DNA of 64,000 nucleotides from an uncultured Spirochaetota bacterium (GTDB lineage Bacteria; Spirochaetota; Spirochaetia; SZUA-6; Fen-1364): NCBI GenBank assembly GCA_963781885.1, contig CAWAHW010000006.1, positions 128,001 to 192,000 of the forward strand, read 5' to 3'. Shown piece by piece: positions 51,237 to 60,316 of this stretch (position 1 is its first letter; each line of letters starts with the position of its first letter). The notes under the pieces were generated by a model. It saw only the letters and a program-made list of their open reading frames with translations, ran no database searches and was not told where the DNA came from. The position numbers and the translations under genes were made by a program.

Positions 51237-52909
51237 TGACCGTCTATGATTCTCCGCCTTCTACCTCTTCTTGATCTGCATTGAAGTCTGAGTTCTTTAT
51301 GTACCTCCCCCTTCTTCTCGGCCTTGGCAGCCCTCTTGAATGTGACGTTGACTTCACCAAGTGGCGGCATATCGATCTGCTTGCCATTCAGCAACTCTTC
51401 AACAGTGAGTAGTTGAAGCTTTGGATAGTCTTTCTTCCAGCCTGGAGAAGTATAAAACCCAGTGGATGCTGCTTCTTCTTTCATAGGTTGTGTCGGCTCT
51501 TGCATAGAGATCAAGACACCTATCTCGGCCCTCTCTCTGTCCAAGACACCCTTCAAGTCCCGAACATCTCCCGCCCCCGTATGGCCACCCTTCACAGAAA
51601 GGATGACTTGTTTAGTATGCCCTCCTGCACCTTCATCGTGGAAGAACAGACGACCATCTATGCCTTTGTCAGCGCCTTTCTTTTGTTCGACTGGGCGAGC
51701 GTGTACAAGACCCAGTGACCACCATTGAAACTGGTACTTGTCCTGCTCAGCGAGTTTCTGAGCGTCTGGAAGTGAGACTGGCTCTCCTACGACCTTGTAC
51801 TTTACGTCACCGCCGAAAGTGTCCCGCAAGCGGTGTTTCATCAGAGCGACAGCAAGGTAAGTGATGTCTATTCCGATCCAAGCTCTCTTTGTCTTCTGAG
51901 CGGCAGCAATGGCAGTGCCGCATCCGCAGAAAGGATCCAAGATAACATCACCCTCATTGCTGCTTGTTTGGATAATTCGTTCTAGTAGAGCCTCTGGTTT
52001 CTGTGTCGGATAGCCTAGGCGCTCTTGGGCTTGCGAGTTGATCGGATCAATGTCTATCCAAAGATCCTGCAATGGAACTCCAGGCATTTCATCCAAGTAT
52101 CGCTTGTACTGTGGCACCCCGCCTGGCTTCGTTTGCACTATTCTGCCTTGCGCAATCAGTTCATTCATTCTTTCCTTGCTGTATCGCCAATAGCGTACCA
52201 CTCCCATTACTTCGTATAACGGATTACCTTTGGCAGCTCCACCAGGGCCGGTAAGGTTATCTAGTCTGTATTGCCTTCCAGTAGACTGCTCTACGTAGGA
52301 GTACTTGCTTTCAAGATAGGCACTATCATATTGGGTATAGAGCGGGTTCCACACCCATTCATCAGTCTTCGTATAGAGAAGAATGATGTCGTGAAGACGC
52401 CCGTGCTGCCGGCGCCCTTGCTTTGTGTCGCTGTGAGCGGTACTTCTTTTCCAGACTATCTCACTACGAAAGTACGCAGGTCCGAAAACAGCGTCCATCA
52501 ACATCTTCAAGTAGTGGCTGGCCGTTGGGTCACAGTGAAGGTACATCGATCCTGTGGCCTTTAATACTCGCTTCAATTGTACAAGGCGAGGTGCCATCAT
52601 AGCGAGGTAGGCCATCATATCGTTCTCGCCCAAGAACGTCCTGAAGGCGTGAAGCGCTATTGCGACCTGGCCGCCTGCCTCGACAACCGTCTTGTAGGCC
52701 GCTTCAGCGCCGAGGTCCCACTTCCAAGTATCCTCAAAGGCTTGGATTTGCGACTCCGCTCGGTGTCCATCTTGTTCCTTGAATAGGACATTGTATGATG
52801 CGTTGCTGTTGAAGGGTGGATCAAGGTAGATGAGATCAACTGTCTCATCTTTGACGTGGCGTTTCAGAACGTCGAGGTTGTCACCGTAGTACAAGACATT
52901 GTCTGCCAT
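51233..52909 (-). CDS. DNA adenine methyltransferase (beta class) with C-terminal Mrr-like domain
   Basis: YLDPPFNS, YPTQKPEALLERII, DPFCGCGT, then GADKGIDG...SVKGG. Confidence 0.88.
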   Translation of the reverse strand: MADNVLYYGDNLDVLKRHVKDETVDLIYLDPPFNSNASYNVLFKEQDGHRAESQIQAFEDTWKWDLGAEAAYKTVVEAGGQVAIALHAFRTFLGENDMMAYLAMMAPRLVQLKRVLKATGSMYLHCDPTASHYLKMLMDAVFGPAYFRSEIVWKRSTAHSDTKQGRRQHGRLHDIILLYTKTDEWVWNPLYTQYDSAYLESKYSYVEQSTGRQYRLDNLTGPGGAAKGNPLYEVMGVVRYWRYSKERMNELIAQGRIVQTKPGGVPQYKRYLDEMPGVPLQDLWIDIDPINSQAQERLGYPTQKPEALLERIIQTSSNEGDVILDPFCGCGTAIAAAQKTKRAWIGIDITYLAVALMKHRLRDTFGGDVKYKVVGEPVSLPDAQKLAEQDKYQFQWWSLGLVHARPVEQKKGADKGIDGRLFFHDEGAGGHTKQVILSVKGGHTGAGDVRDLKGVLDRERAEIGVLISMQEPTQPMKEEAASTGFYTSPGWKKDYPKLQLLTVEELLNGKQIDMPPLGEVNVTFKRAAKAEKKGEVHKELRLQCRSRRGRRRRIIDGQ

Positions 52910-52951
52910 TCCACTTTTCTAAACCTCAAGACCTTGGCCGTCAAGGCCGCT

Positions 52952-54157
52952 CTACTTTTGCTCTTCGGCCCGCTTCCTCTTGGCTTTCACTTCCTCGATG
53001 GCAGTGAGCATTTGCGTATGCAGGGACTCCGCGTCATCCCCTTCCATAAGCATATCCTCAAAAACAGAACGCTCCGCTACAGCCTTCTTCCGCATAGTTT
53101 CGATATCAGACAGTGCAGTGTTCCATTGATGTATGGCGTCGTCAACCTGCCCAAACATATTGAAGAAGTATCCATAATGCATCTTCACGAGAAAGTTGGT
53201 AGGATCTATCACTATCGCAGTTCGCCAGAGTTCATTCAGCTTTACATACAATTCCCGCACTCTTTCCTTCGACTTTGCAGGGCCATCGGTGTTCATCAGC
53301 TCGTCATAGGACTCCTTCCCAAGCCTGTACAGATCAGATCCAATTGAGAAGATCACTTGCCTAATGTCAGATGACTTTTCACATATTGGTTTGAAGATCG
53401 TCTCTATCAGATCGTAAGTGTACGAGACGTGGAGCAGTTCAATTAACGCCTCTCCTTTCTGGTCCTCTAGTTTCTCTGCCAAGGCATCGGTCACAGCCTC
53501 GGGAAGGACTTGCCATTCTTTCGTCTCTCGAAAAAAGATCTTGATGGCCGGCACACCCCTTATTTCACTGGGTTTCGGCTTAGGAGTTTGACCGACAAGT
53601 GCATCAAACAGGTCCTTGACCTTTGGTATGACTATTTCCTTTTCTATTGCCGCCAAGGCCCCGCGAAGCGCCAACACTCTCCGTATGTCTGCAATAACTA
53701 CAGCGTCTTTGCCCATACGCCACAACGTCGGCTTCTTCTCAAGAGCGGCAGCTTCAAGAAGCATTTCGAGATAGTTGTGTAGCGCTTGAAAGGTTTCATC
53801 CCCGCTCTTTGTTCGATAGATCTCTCCGTAGCGGTCCATTTGCTCATTCATTATGCTACGCAGGGTGTCTTGCGGTACCGCCCGAAAGGCTTTGAACAGT
53901 CTGTCCAAAAATTCATCATAGAGAATGCTTCTCAAGCCCTCGGTGAGGTGTTCGTGCACGACCTCCATATCCAGCCGGCTGAAGATATATACGGCAAAGC
54001 AAAGGACGATGGGTTCAGGCTTCTTCGGCTTTAGACACTCACGACTCACTTCAAAACACTTCTTTGAAAGTAAGAAAATGGCTTCAACCACCTGAACCTG
54101 CAAGGGTACTTCTCGCTTACTGTTCATTTCGAACCCTCCGTTAGAGGTTGAGGACAT
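52952..54157 (-). CDS. Hypothetical helical protein with C-terminal TPR-like segment
   Basis: AIVIDPTNFLVKMHYGYFFNMFGQVDDAIHQW. Confidence 0.55.
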   Translation of the reverse strand: MSSTSNGGFEMNSKREVPLQVQVVEAIFLLSKKCFEVSRECLKPKKPEPIVLCFAVYIFSRLDMEVVHEHLTEGLRSILYDEFLDRLFKAFRAVPQDTLRSIMNEQMDRYGEIYRTKSGDETFQALHNYLEMLLEAAALEKKPTLWRMGKDAVVIADIRRVLALRGALAAIEKEIVIPKVKDLFDALVGQTPKPKPSEIRGVPAIKIFFRETKEWQVLPEAVTDALAEKLEDQKGEALIELLHVSYTYDLIETIFKPICEKSSDIRQVIFSIGSDLYRLGKESYDELMNTDGPAKSKERVRELYVKLNELWRTAIVIDPTNFLVKMHYGYFFNMFGQVDDAIHQWNTALSDIETMRKKAVAERSVFEDMLMEGDDAESLHTQMLTAIEEVKAKRKRAEEQK

Positions 54158-54177
54158 TCTCGCGTCAGTATCTTTTT

Positions 54178-54411
54178 TTAGCTCTCTTCCTCACTCCCGT
54201 CAAGTCTTAGATAGACTTCTGGTTCTCCCAAACGCAGCAGTTCATAATGATCGTCGCATTCCCTCAAATACTTCTTGACTTGCTCTGTTACCCATCCAAG
54301 GGCCGTCACTCTATCCAGCCTGAGATACCTCTTAAGCCTCAACACCTCTTCTTCCGACAGGTCGGCGTACAACGTGTAGTATTTGTCGTAGCGTTGCTTC
54401 TTCGGCGCCAT
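54178..54411 (-). CDS. Small hypothetical protein, possibly RHH-like
   Basis: 77-aa ORF, YTLYADLSEEEVLRLKRY...WVTEQVKKYL. Confidence 0.45.
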   Translation of the reverse strand: MAPKKQRYDKYYTLYADLSEEEVLRLKRYLRLDRVTALGWVTEQVKKYLRECDDHYELLRLGEPEVYLRLDGSEEES

Positions 54412-54719
54412 TTCAGTGACTTCTATATTTGTTTGTCGCGGAATGCAGAAGAATGTGTGAGGGGATGTGTCTGATGTGCAAAAGCTTGTTCTTTATCATT
54501 CAAAGTATTGTTTCTATTATCATTATCAATATGTAGGATCTTATCTCAATATAAGAGTGTCTTACTGTCTCTAATAGAGTTCTTTATGTTCAGGGGTGTA
54601 AAGAAGTACTTCTTTTCTCCTCCGTCAGGTGTGTTGGTAACCTGATGCGGGCACCTTTCCATATCCCTGCCAAACCACTAGTTCTGGATCAGGGAGGTCT
54701 GGATGTACCGGATGTATTA

Positions 54720-54950
54720 TCATTGCTTCAAGTCTTTCAGCTTCTTGGCGACTAACTTCTTGCTCTCTGCAATGTTCAAGTAGTCTGGCTTCATAATAAC
54801 TTCTTGGGGAATAGAAAAGTCTTCACCGCCATATACATCCAACCAAACAGAGATCAACTTTTCCAGTGTCCGTGTGGTAGTAAGTCCCTTTGCTCGGTTT
54901 GCATCTCTAAACCTGTCCCATAAAGGCTTATTTACATTTCCCAATGGCAT
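54720..54950 (-). CDS. Small RHH-like protein
   Basis: GGAGG RBS; NVNKPLWDRFRDANRAKGLTTTRTLEKLI. Confidence 0.5.
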   Translation of the reverse strand: MPLGNVNKPLWDRFRDANRAKGLTTTRTLEKLISVWLDVYGGEDFSIPQEVIMKPDYLNIAESKKLVAKKLKDLKQ

Positions 54951-55102
54951 ATCATACCTCCTTCTATTATTAGCTTTATTGAGAAGTATGCTTTCGGTGC
55001 TGTATTTAGAAGAAAAAATGACGGACTGACGCACCTATACCCCTTTCCTATTCCTTTCTTATGTTGGCAAAAGATCGTTTTGCCACTGCTCCGTCACATC
55101 CG

Positions 55103-57076
55103 TCATTGTGACGGACCTGACGAACCACCACCCTGTTCCTCCTCACTAAAAACCGCGGCTACTCTTTCGAGCATCCCCATATCCAGACTAACTGTTGTCT
55201 TTGCTAAGACACGTCTCAACACCTCAACATAAGTGTCAGGTTTTAGTTCTTGACCCTTCATAACCTTCACAACGACATTGGCCTTTGCCTCTGGCACGCC
55301 TTCTCTCACCAGGACGTGTTTCAAATCTTCTTGCTCAAAGGCGATGTAGGTGAACACCTTCTTGCGTATCACGAAGCACCTTTGTTGCTTCACTGACTGC
55401 TTTTCGTAGATGTTCCTATTGGGGTCGAGGGGTGGTATTCGCTGCCGATCATTTACGTAATAGCCCTTGATATGGTTTGAGATGGACTTGATCTTCTCGG
55501 TTAGGGTCTTTTGGTGGGAAGAGAGGTAGCTGGTGGGATACTGTTCCTTCCACCTTTCATAGAAAGCCCTTGTAGTGACAACTGCATCGCCTGATCCGTC
55601 TTTGATCGTCTTCTTGTATAGTTCGTCAACCAGATCGGAGATACACAGCACGTCGTAGTCCAGGTCTCTATCTTCCTGAGCCAAGGCAAAGTCAAAGACT
55701 GGTTCATTTGGATAGAATGTCCGAAGCAGCTTCGACATAACCTCGCTCCAAGCATCTTGCTTCGGATGGTTGAAATGACTGACATCCTTCACCCAGTCAA
55801 TATGGTCCAGGTGCCACGCTATGTCTTCTATGAGTTCCTTCTGCTTGAAGGTCTTTAGGGTATTGTTGATGTACTGCCGTTGTTCATCTGATACCTGAGC
55901 CTTGGGCGTCATACGGATGATGATGACTGTTTCCAACAGGTCATCACCCAACATAAACCAACGGTTGAAAGTAACAAAATACGTCTTATTGTTGTATATC
56001 TTGCCGTGAGAGAGTTGCATTATCCAAGATGGAATGACTGGATCGGTGATGTAGTGCCGCAACAGGTCCTTTGACTTTGCGTCAAGCGTTGTCACGTTAT
56101 CAAAGAGACAGTACTTGTTGGCAAACTGACTGACAGAGGAGATAGCTTCCTTGTTGTCTGCTTTGTCGGTGCCCAAGAGGACAGGAAGATCCCCCTGGAT
56201 GAGACGTATGCCCTCGATTACTACCGAGGACTTTCCTGATGACTGCCCCTCTGCGGATATGCCGAACATAGGACGTTTCGCATCGTATTCGCGGCCCAAA
56301 AATGCCGAGAGAAAACCTGCCGCAAGCCGGTATTCGTTCTTCAAGCCTTTGGACCTATCGACGGTAAAAAGCTGCATCAGCCGAAGGAAAGACCCATTGT
56401 TCCTGCCTTCAATTCGGGTCCCAGTGTATCTGGTGTTCTTGTCGGGTTTGAGTTCTGGCAAGAGTGACATCCTGTCAAAGCTCTCCGCCTCTTGCCTCAG
56501 CATTTCCAGATAGTCTTCCCTGGAGTGGGTGTAAGCCTCTTTCTGCCTAAATCGCCATTGCCAGCCTTCTTTGCTCAAGACGTACCGCAATTTGTTGGTG
56601 TTTGTAATGGGTTCTTTGTCGTCTTTTCGATAGAAAAGGATCTTCTTCGCCTCGTAGGGAATGAAGGTATAGAAGAGTTCTGTGGTAGCAGTCATTTCGG
56701 GCGAATAGGTATCAACTGGCTTGAAGTGCTCACCCTGGTCGTCCTCCCAATAGGTATAGTTGCGGAGGACTTTGCCTTCTGGTTCGTTCGACTTCCTTTT
56801 GGAAAGTTGGATGAGTTTCTTTACGATGGTGTTGTATTCAGTTTCGCTGAGCTTCTGCGCTGTCTTCATCTCCAGTAAGACTTCAAGGATATTGTGTCCA
56901 CGCCAAGCGAGGCTACATCGATGATGGTTACAACGCAGCGTGCTCTTCATCCCTGCCGTCTTCTCTACCTGGCACGTCCCAATCCTGCCACAGACTGGGC
57001 ACGGGTTGATAAAGAAGCCTTCGAGTTTGAGGTCCTTGCCGATGGTTTCGATGATCTTTTGAAGTGCTAGTCTCAT
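55103..57076 (-). CDS. Replication protein: N-terminal zinc finger plus P-loop (helicase-like) domain
   Basis: CPVC...CNHHRC, Walker A GQSSGKSS, Walker B CLFDNV. Confidence 0.65.
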   Translation of the reverse strand: MRLALQKIIETIGKDLKLEGFFINPCPVCGRIGTCQVEKTAGMKSTLRCNHHRCSLAWRGHNILEVLLEMKTAQKLSETEYNTIVKKLIQLSKRKSNEPEGKVLRNYTYWEDDQGEHFKPVDTYSPEMTATTELFYTFIPYEAKKILFYRKDDKEPITNTNKLRYVLSKEGWQWRFRQKEAYTHSREDYLEMLRQEAESFDRMSLLPELKPDKNTRYTGTRIEGRNNGSFLRLMQLFTVDRSKGLKNEYRLAAGFLSAFLGREYDAKRPMFGISAEGQSSGKSSVVIEGIRLIQGDLPVLLGTDKADNKEAISSVSQFANKYCLFDNVTTLDAKSKDLLRHYITDPVIPSWIMQLSHGKIYNNKTYFVTFNRWFMLGDDLLETVIIIRMTPKAQVSDEQRQYINNTLKTFKQKELIEDIAWHLDHIDWVKDVSHFNHPKQDAWSEVMSKLLRTFYPNEPVFDFALAQEDRDLDYDVLCISDLVDELYKKTIKDGSGDAVVTTRAFYERWKEQYPTSYLSSHQKTLTEKIKSISNHIKGYYVNDRQRIPPLDPNRNIYEKQSVKQQRCFVIRKKVFTYIAFEQEDLKHVLVREGVPEAKANVVVKVMKGQELKPDTYVEVLRRVLAKTTVSLDMGMLERVAAVFSEEEQGGGSSGPSQ

Positions 57077-57097
57077 TTCACCACTCCTTTCATAAAG

Positions 57098-57126
57098 AAA
57101 AAGGAAGGGGGCATTTGCCCCCTTCC
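57098..57126 (-). terminator. Intrinsic terminator upstream of the replication gene
   Basis: GGAAGGGGGCA/TGCCCCCTTCC stem followed by a T tract on the minus strand. Confidence 0.7.
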
Positions 57127-57137
57127 CCTTCTGCGGG

Positions 57138-57377
57138 TCAACTCTGCTGGAACTTTTCCGTGATCGAGGAGAGGAACTCCTGGATCGCTTCCAGGTCCAT
57201 CTTGGTCGTGACCTTGTAGAAGTTGATCCTGCCCGAGAGCGTCCGTTCGACCGAGTCGAACTTGAGGTTGTGGACGATCACGTCCTTGGCGAGTGCAGCT
57301 TCGGCGGGAGCGGGTGCTCGTCCGAGCTTGAGTTCGATCGGTTTCTGGACCGCTTCGGTTTTGAACAGGTTAGCCAT
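57138..57377 (-). CDS. Hypothetical phage protein
   Basis: 79-aa ORF with GC3-rich codons, ending before the terminator. Confidence 0.55.
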   Translation of the reverse strand: MANLFKTEAVQKPIELKLGRAPAPAEAALAKDVIVHNLKFDSVERTLSGRINFYKVTTKMDLEAIQEFLSSITEKFQQS

Positions 57378-57679
57378 AGGAACCCCCTAAGAAAGGAAAG
57401 ATGTAGAGCGCCCCAACGGAGCGCTGTAGAACCATATGGAGCGAGGGCTGGGTGTTACGGTGTCGCGGCATCATCCAGGCCATCGAGAAGGTCTTCGATA
57501 TTGCGAGCCAATGAGAGCTCGCAAAGGTCCTCTTCGGTCAGATCCTCAGCGGGATCATCGTCGTCGAAGCGAATGCGGGAGAGCAGACGAGAATTCAAAG
57601 CGTGGATTTCCATAACCACCCCCTTTTTCACATAAGGAAATATGGATGGAGACCGAGTGTCTGAATTGCTTTTCAGTCG

Positions 57680-57889
57680 CTACTTTGACTCGCGCTGATA
57701 GATGGCTTTGATGAGTTGCTCTTTGATAAGGCGCTTTACTGAGACTGGAGCCACATAGAGCCGGTGTGAAAGGTCCTTGATAAGTCGGTCAAGGTCGATT
57801 GCAGATAGAGTACGAGCCTCTTCCTTCAATCGATACCACTTGTTGCCGCGAGAAGTATAGTACTTCTTGTTGCGCTCCAACTTCGTCAA
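57680..57889 (-). CDS. Small basic protein (paralogue-like of 58347..58619)
   Basis: RNKKYYTSRG ... IYQRE. Confidence 0.5.
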   Translation of the reverse strand: MTKLERNKKYYTSRGNKWYRLKEEARTLSAIDLDRLIKDLSHRLYVAPVSVKRLIKEQLIKAIYQRESK

Positions 57890-57894
57890 TTGGG

Positions 57895-58293
57895 CTATTC
57901 GAAGTCATAGACAACCTCAACCGCACTGCGATCATTATTTTGACGATAAGAGTGGCTATTTGCGTACTCGCGTGCATAGTCGGTCTTATTACCGTCGTAC
58001 CAGTCAGGATGATACTCAAAAGCCGAAATGACCTTTACGCCCTCATTTCGATCCTCGATGAAAGCTAGGCGGTATTGTTTGCTGTCGTGATACAGAGTGA
58101 GAACGATCCTCTGGCCATATCCGATATCTTCCTGATATAGGACTCGAAAAGGTGCGATGCGCCTTCGTACCAAATGCAACAGGAACTTCACGTTGATCCC
58201 GGTCGCCTCTGCTTTTCTCGCACAGTGTAAGTTATCGATGGCAACTGAGCCATTTTCAACAGCCTTCAAAACATCGTTCTTTGTCATCCCCAT
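57895..58293 (-). CDS. Hypothetical protein, DUF4258-like
   Basis: HCARKA...GI, beta-rich C-half ending VKVISAF...PDW; GGAGG RBS. Confidence 0.45.
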   Translation of the reverse strand: MGMTKNDVLKAVENGSVAIDNLHCARKAEATGINVKFLLHLVRRRIAPFRVLYQEDIGYGQRIVLTLYHDSKQYRLAFIEDRNEGVKVISAFEYHPDWYDGNKTDYAREYANSHSYRQNNDRSAVEVVYDFE

Positions 58294-58346
58294 ACACCTC
58301 CTGTATGGAGAAAGTATGGCAGACGGCGCATTTGCTCTAAAATGAC

Positions 58347-58619
58347 TTACAAGGTGTTAAGCTTTTTCTTTCTGAGGTGTTCGCGGACGTATATCAATTC
58401 AAGGATGTCTCGACCCAGCTTTCGCATTTCTTCTGGATCGGTTTCTTTGTAGTAGAGTTTTGCCTGTCGCTCGATCCCTCGACTTAGTTCTCGGATGCTG
58501 ATGTGTGACTTCAGTGCCTTGGTGATAATTTTCGCTCTTCTTGATCCCCGTTCTTTGTAATAGTCTATGTTGCGCTGCCTCTTGCGGGCTTTCTTTATGT
58601 GTTCGGGTAGCGGCCTCAT
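58347..58619 (-). CDS. Small basic protein coupled to the integrase gene
   Basis: ATGA overlap with the integrase stop; RNIDYYKERG ... IYVRE. Confidence 0.55.
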   Translation of the reverse strand: MRPLPEHIKKARKRQRNIDYYKERGSRRAKIITKALKSHISIRELSRGIERQAKLYYKETDPEEMRKLGRDILELIYVREHLRKKKLNTL

Positions 58620-60170
58620 ACTCTCTCTCCGTGGATGAGGTTGTCGATAGTTCTCATTCGTGCTTGCAGATCCTCTGGGATGTTCTTGGTGTCGACGCTA
58701 TCCACTTTGCCAGTGATCCATTCAACCGTCATCGTTCGGTTCTTGAAAATGCAGCTTTTTATCCTTCTCATAAACAACTCTCTGCGCTGGACTTCATTCA
58801 AGTCATACATATTCCAGCTATCCTTGCCTCTGAACTCCTCCACGAGACTGTCCACGCTGGCTTCTTGCATCCTGACATTCTCTGATGCCTCAGCAAAACT
58901 GTCTTCGAGCTTCTTCTTCTCGGCATTCAAGGTTGCAAGGTTTTCTGAGATGTCCTCCATATCAACCAAGTTTTTTTGGACCATTCCTATGACCCTTTTC
59001 CGCTCTTTCTCTATCTCCGCCAGCCGCTTCTGGATGCTGACGAGCGAGCTATCCAACTTTTGTCGCTGACGCAGCACTTCCTTCTGCTGCATCTCCAGAT
59101 ACTTCTTGATCTCGGCGTCGTTGGTGAAGCAGTCCACGTAGAGGGCGTGAAGAAGCATATCCATCTTCTTCTTGACGAGGTACTTCGGCTTCTGTGGGCA
59201 GTTGTGGCCTTTGAGCGTCCTTGTGATGTGGGTATAGAACTCCTTGTACAGCAACCTCCCTGCCTTCATTACCTTGTATGTCTTCCTATAGTAAAAGGCA
59301 GTGCCACAGATACCGCAATGGATGATGCTTGAGAGTTCGTGTTTGCCTCTCCTGAAGTCAGCCCTTCCCCGATCTGCATAGTTCTTGGCGATGATCTTCT
59401 GGACCTTATGCCACTGTGACTTTTCTACCAAGGGAGTAAAGACCTTTGACGGAATGAGCATTCGCTTGCTGTCGTATTGATAACCCATATAGGCTGGCTG
59501 ATGCAGAATGCCGCCGATGCGAGTATCAACCCACTCTACGCCAGACTTGGTCTCGCAAACCTTGTCTCGACAACTCACGACTAATCTCCGTGTAGGTCTG
59601 CCCTTCCTCATACCAGGCGAAGACCTTCCTGACTATCTCAGCTTCCCTTTTGTTGACGACCACTTTCTTGGTGCCGTCTCGTTCGTACACATAGTCATAG
59701 CCAAACAAGGACGACTGCTTGTACAAGCCATCGTCAATTCGTTGTCTGACACCGCGGGTGATCCTTTCCAGTGTACGGGCTCTCTCATACGAGGAGACCA
59801 CTGAGTTGATCCCATAGAGAAAGATGCTCTCTGGCTTGGTTAGGTCGGTCTCCTGTCCATCTATGAAGAGCCGTGCTTTGTGCTTGACAAGTAGTTTGCG
59901 GAGCGTGATGGCATCTTGTTCATCTCTTGACAACCTACTGAACTCGATGACCCATATCCCACCAATCTCACCGGCCTCTACTGCTTGAAGCATCTGTTGA
60001 AGCTGCTGCCTGAGAAGACTGGCTGCAGAAGCCTGTTCCTCAAACAGGACCGCCTCAAACCCCTGTTGTCGGCAGAAGTCTTGGCCGCGTTGCCGTTGGT
60101 AAGGTGAGGAATAGTTGTCCTTCTGCCCTACGGTCGATACCCTGACGTAGACTCCACACTTCATTTTCAT
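58616..60170 (-). CDS. Large serine recombinase (integrase); extra base near 59555
   Basis: YVRVST catalytic motif, SRLSRD, FGYD, recombinase domain, zinc ribbon CGICG, coiled coil; split over two track ORFs. Confidence 0.92.
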
Positions 60171-60189
60171 CCCTCCATTCTATCACGAA

Positions 60190-60240
60190 TGGGGTAATAA
60201 TAGTATTATACCCTACATACGTCGGGCAGAATCCAGTAGC
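60190..60240. other. Right prophage junction (attR-type); crossover TA at 60218-60219
   Basis: TGGGGTAATAATAG (60190-60203) is the inverse of 23347-23360; GC-rich host sequence resumes at 60220. Confidence 0.9.
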
Positions 60241-60283
60241 GGTCGTGATGCGCTTTTCCATCTCTTTTTCGCTTTCGAATTGA
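60218..60283 (+). pseudogene. tonB: Displaced 3' end of tonB (YVGQNPVAVVMRFSISFSLSN-stop)
   Basis: Completes the TonB C-domain consensus F.PA...G.PV.......F in frame with 22589..23332. Confidence 0.9.
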
Positions 60284-60316
60284 CGCGCGGCCGGCGCTCC
60301 GGCGGGCCAGCCCTCT

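Larger units (their letters stand above)
23335..60219. mobile_element. Podovirus-like prophage, 36,885 bp, integrated in tonB
   Basis: Serine integrase beside the right junction; terminase, portal, scaffold, capsid, adaptor, nozzle, fibres and ejection proteins; no tape measure or sheath; lower GC; removal rejoins tonB in frame. Confidence 0.95.

Noticed and set aside
59526-59611. Programmed frameshift in the integrase (also terL, CXXX gene)
   Set aside because: No slippery heptamer seen; same pattern as the many other isolated indels.
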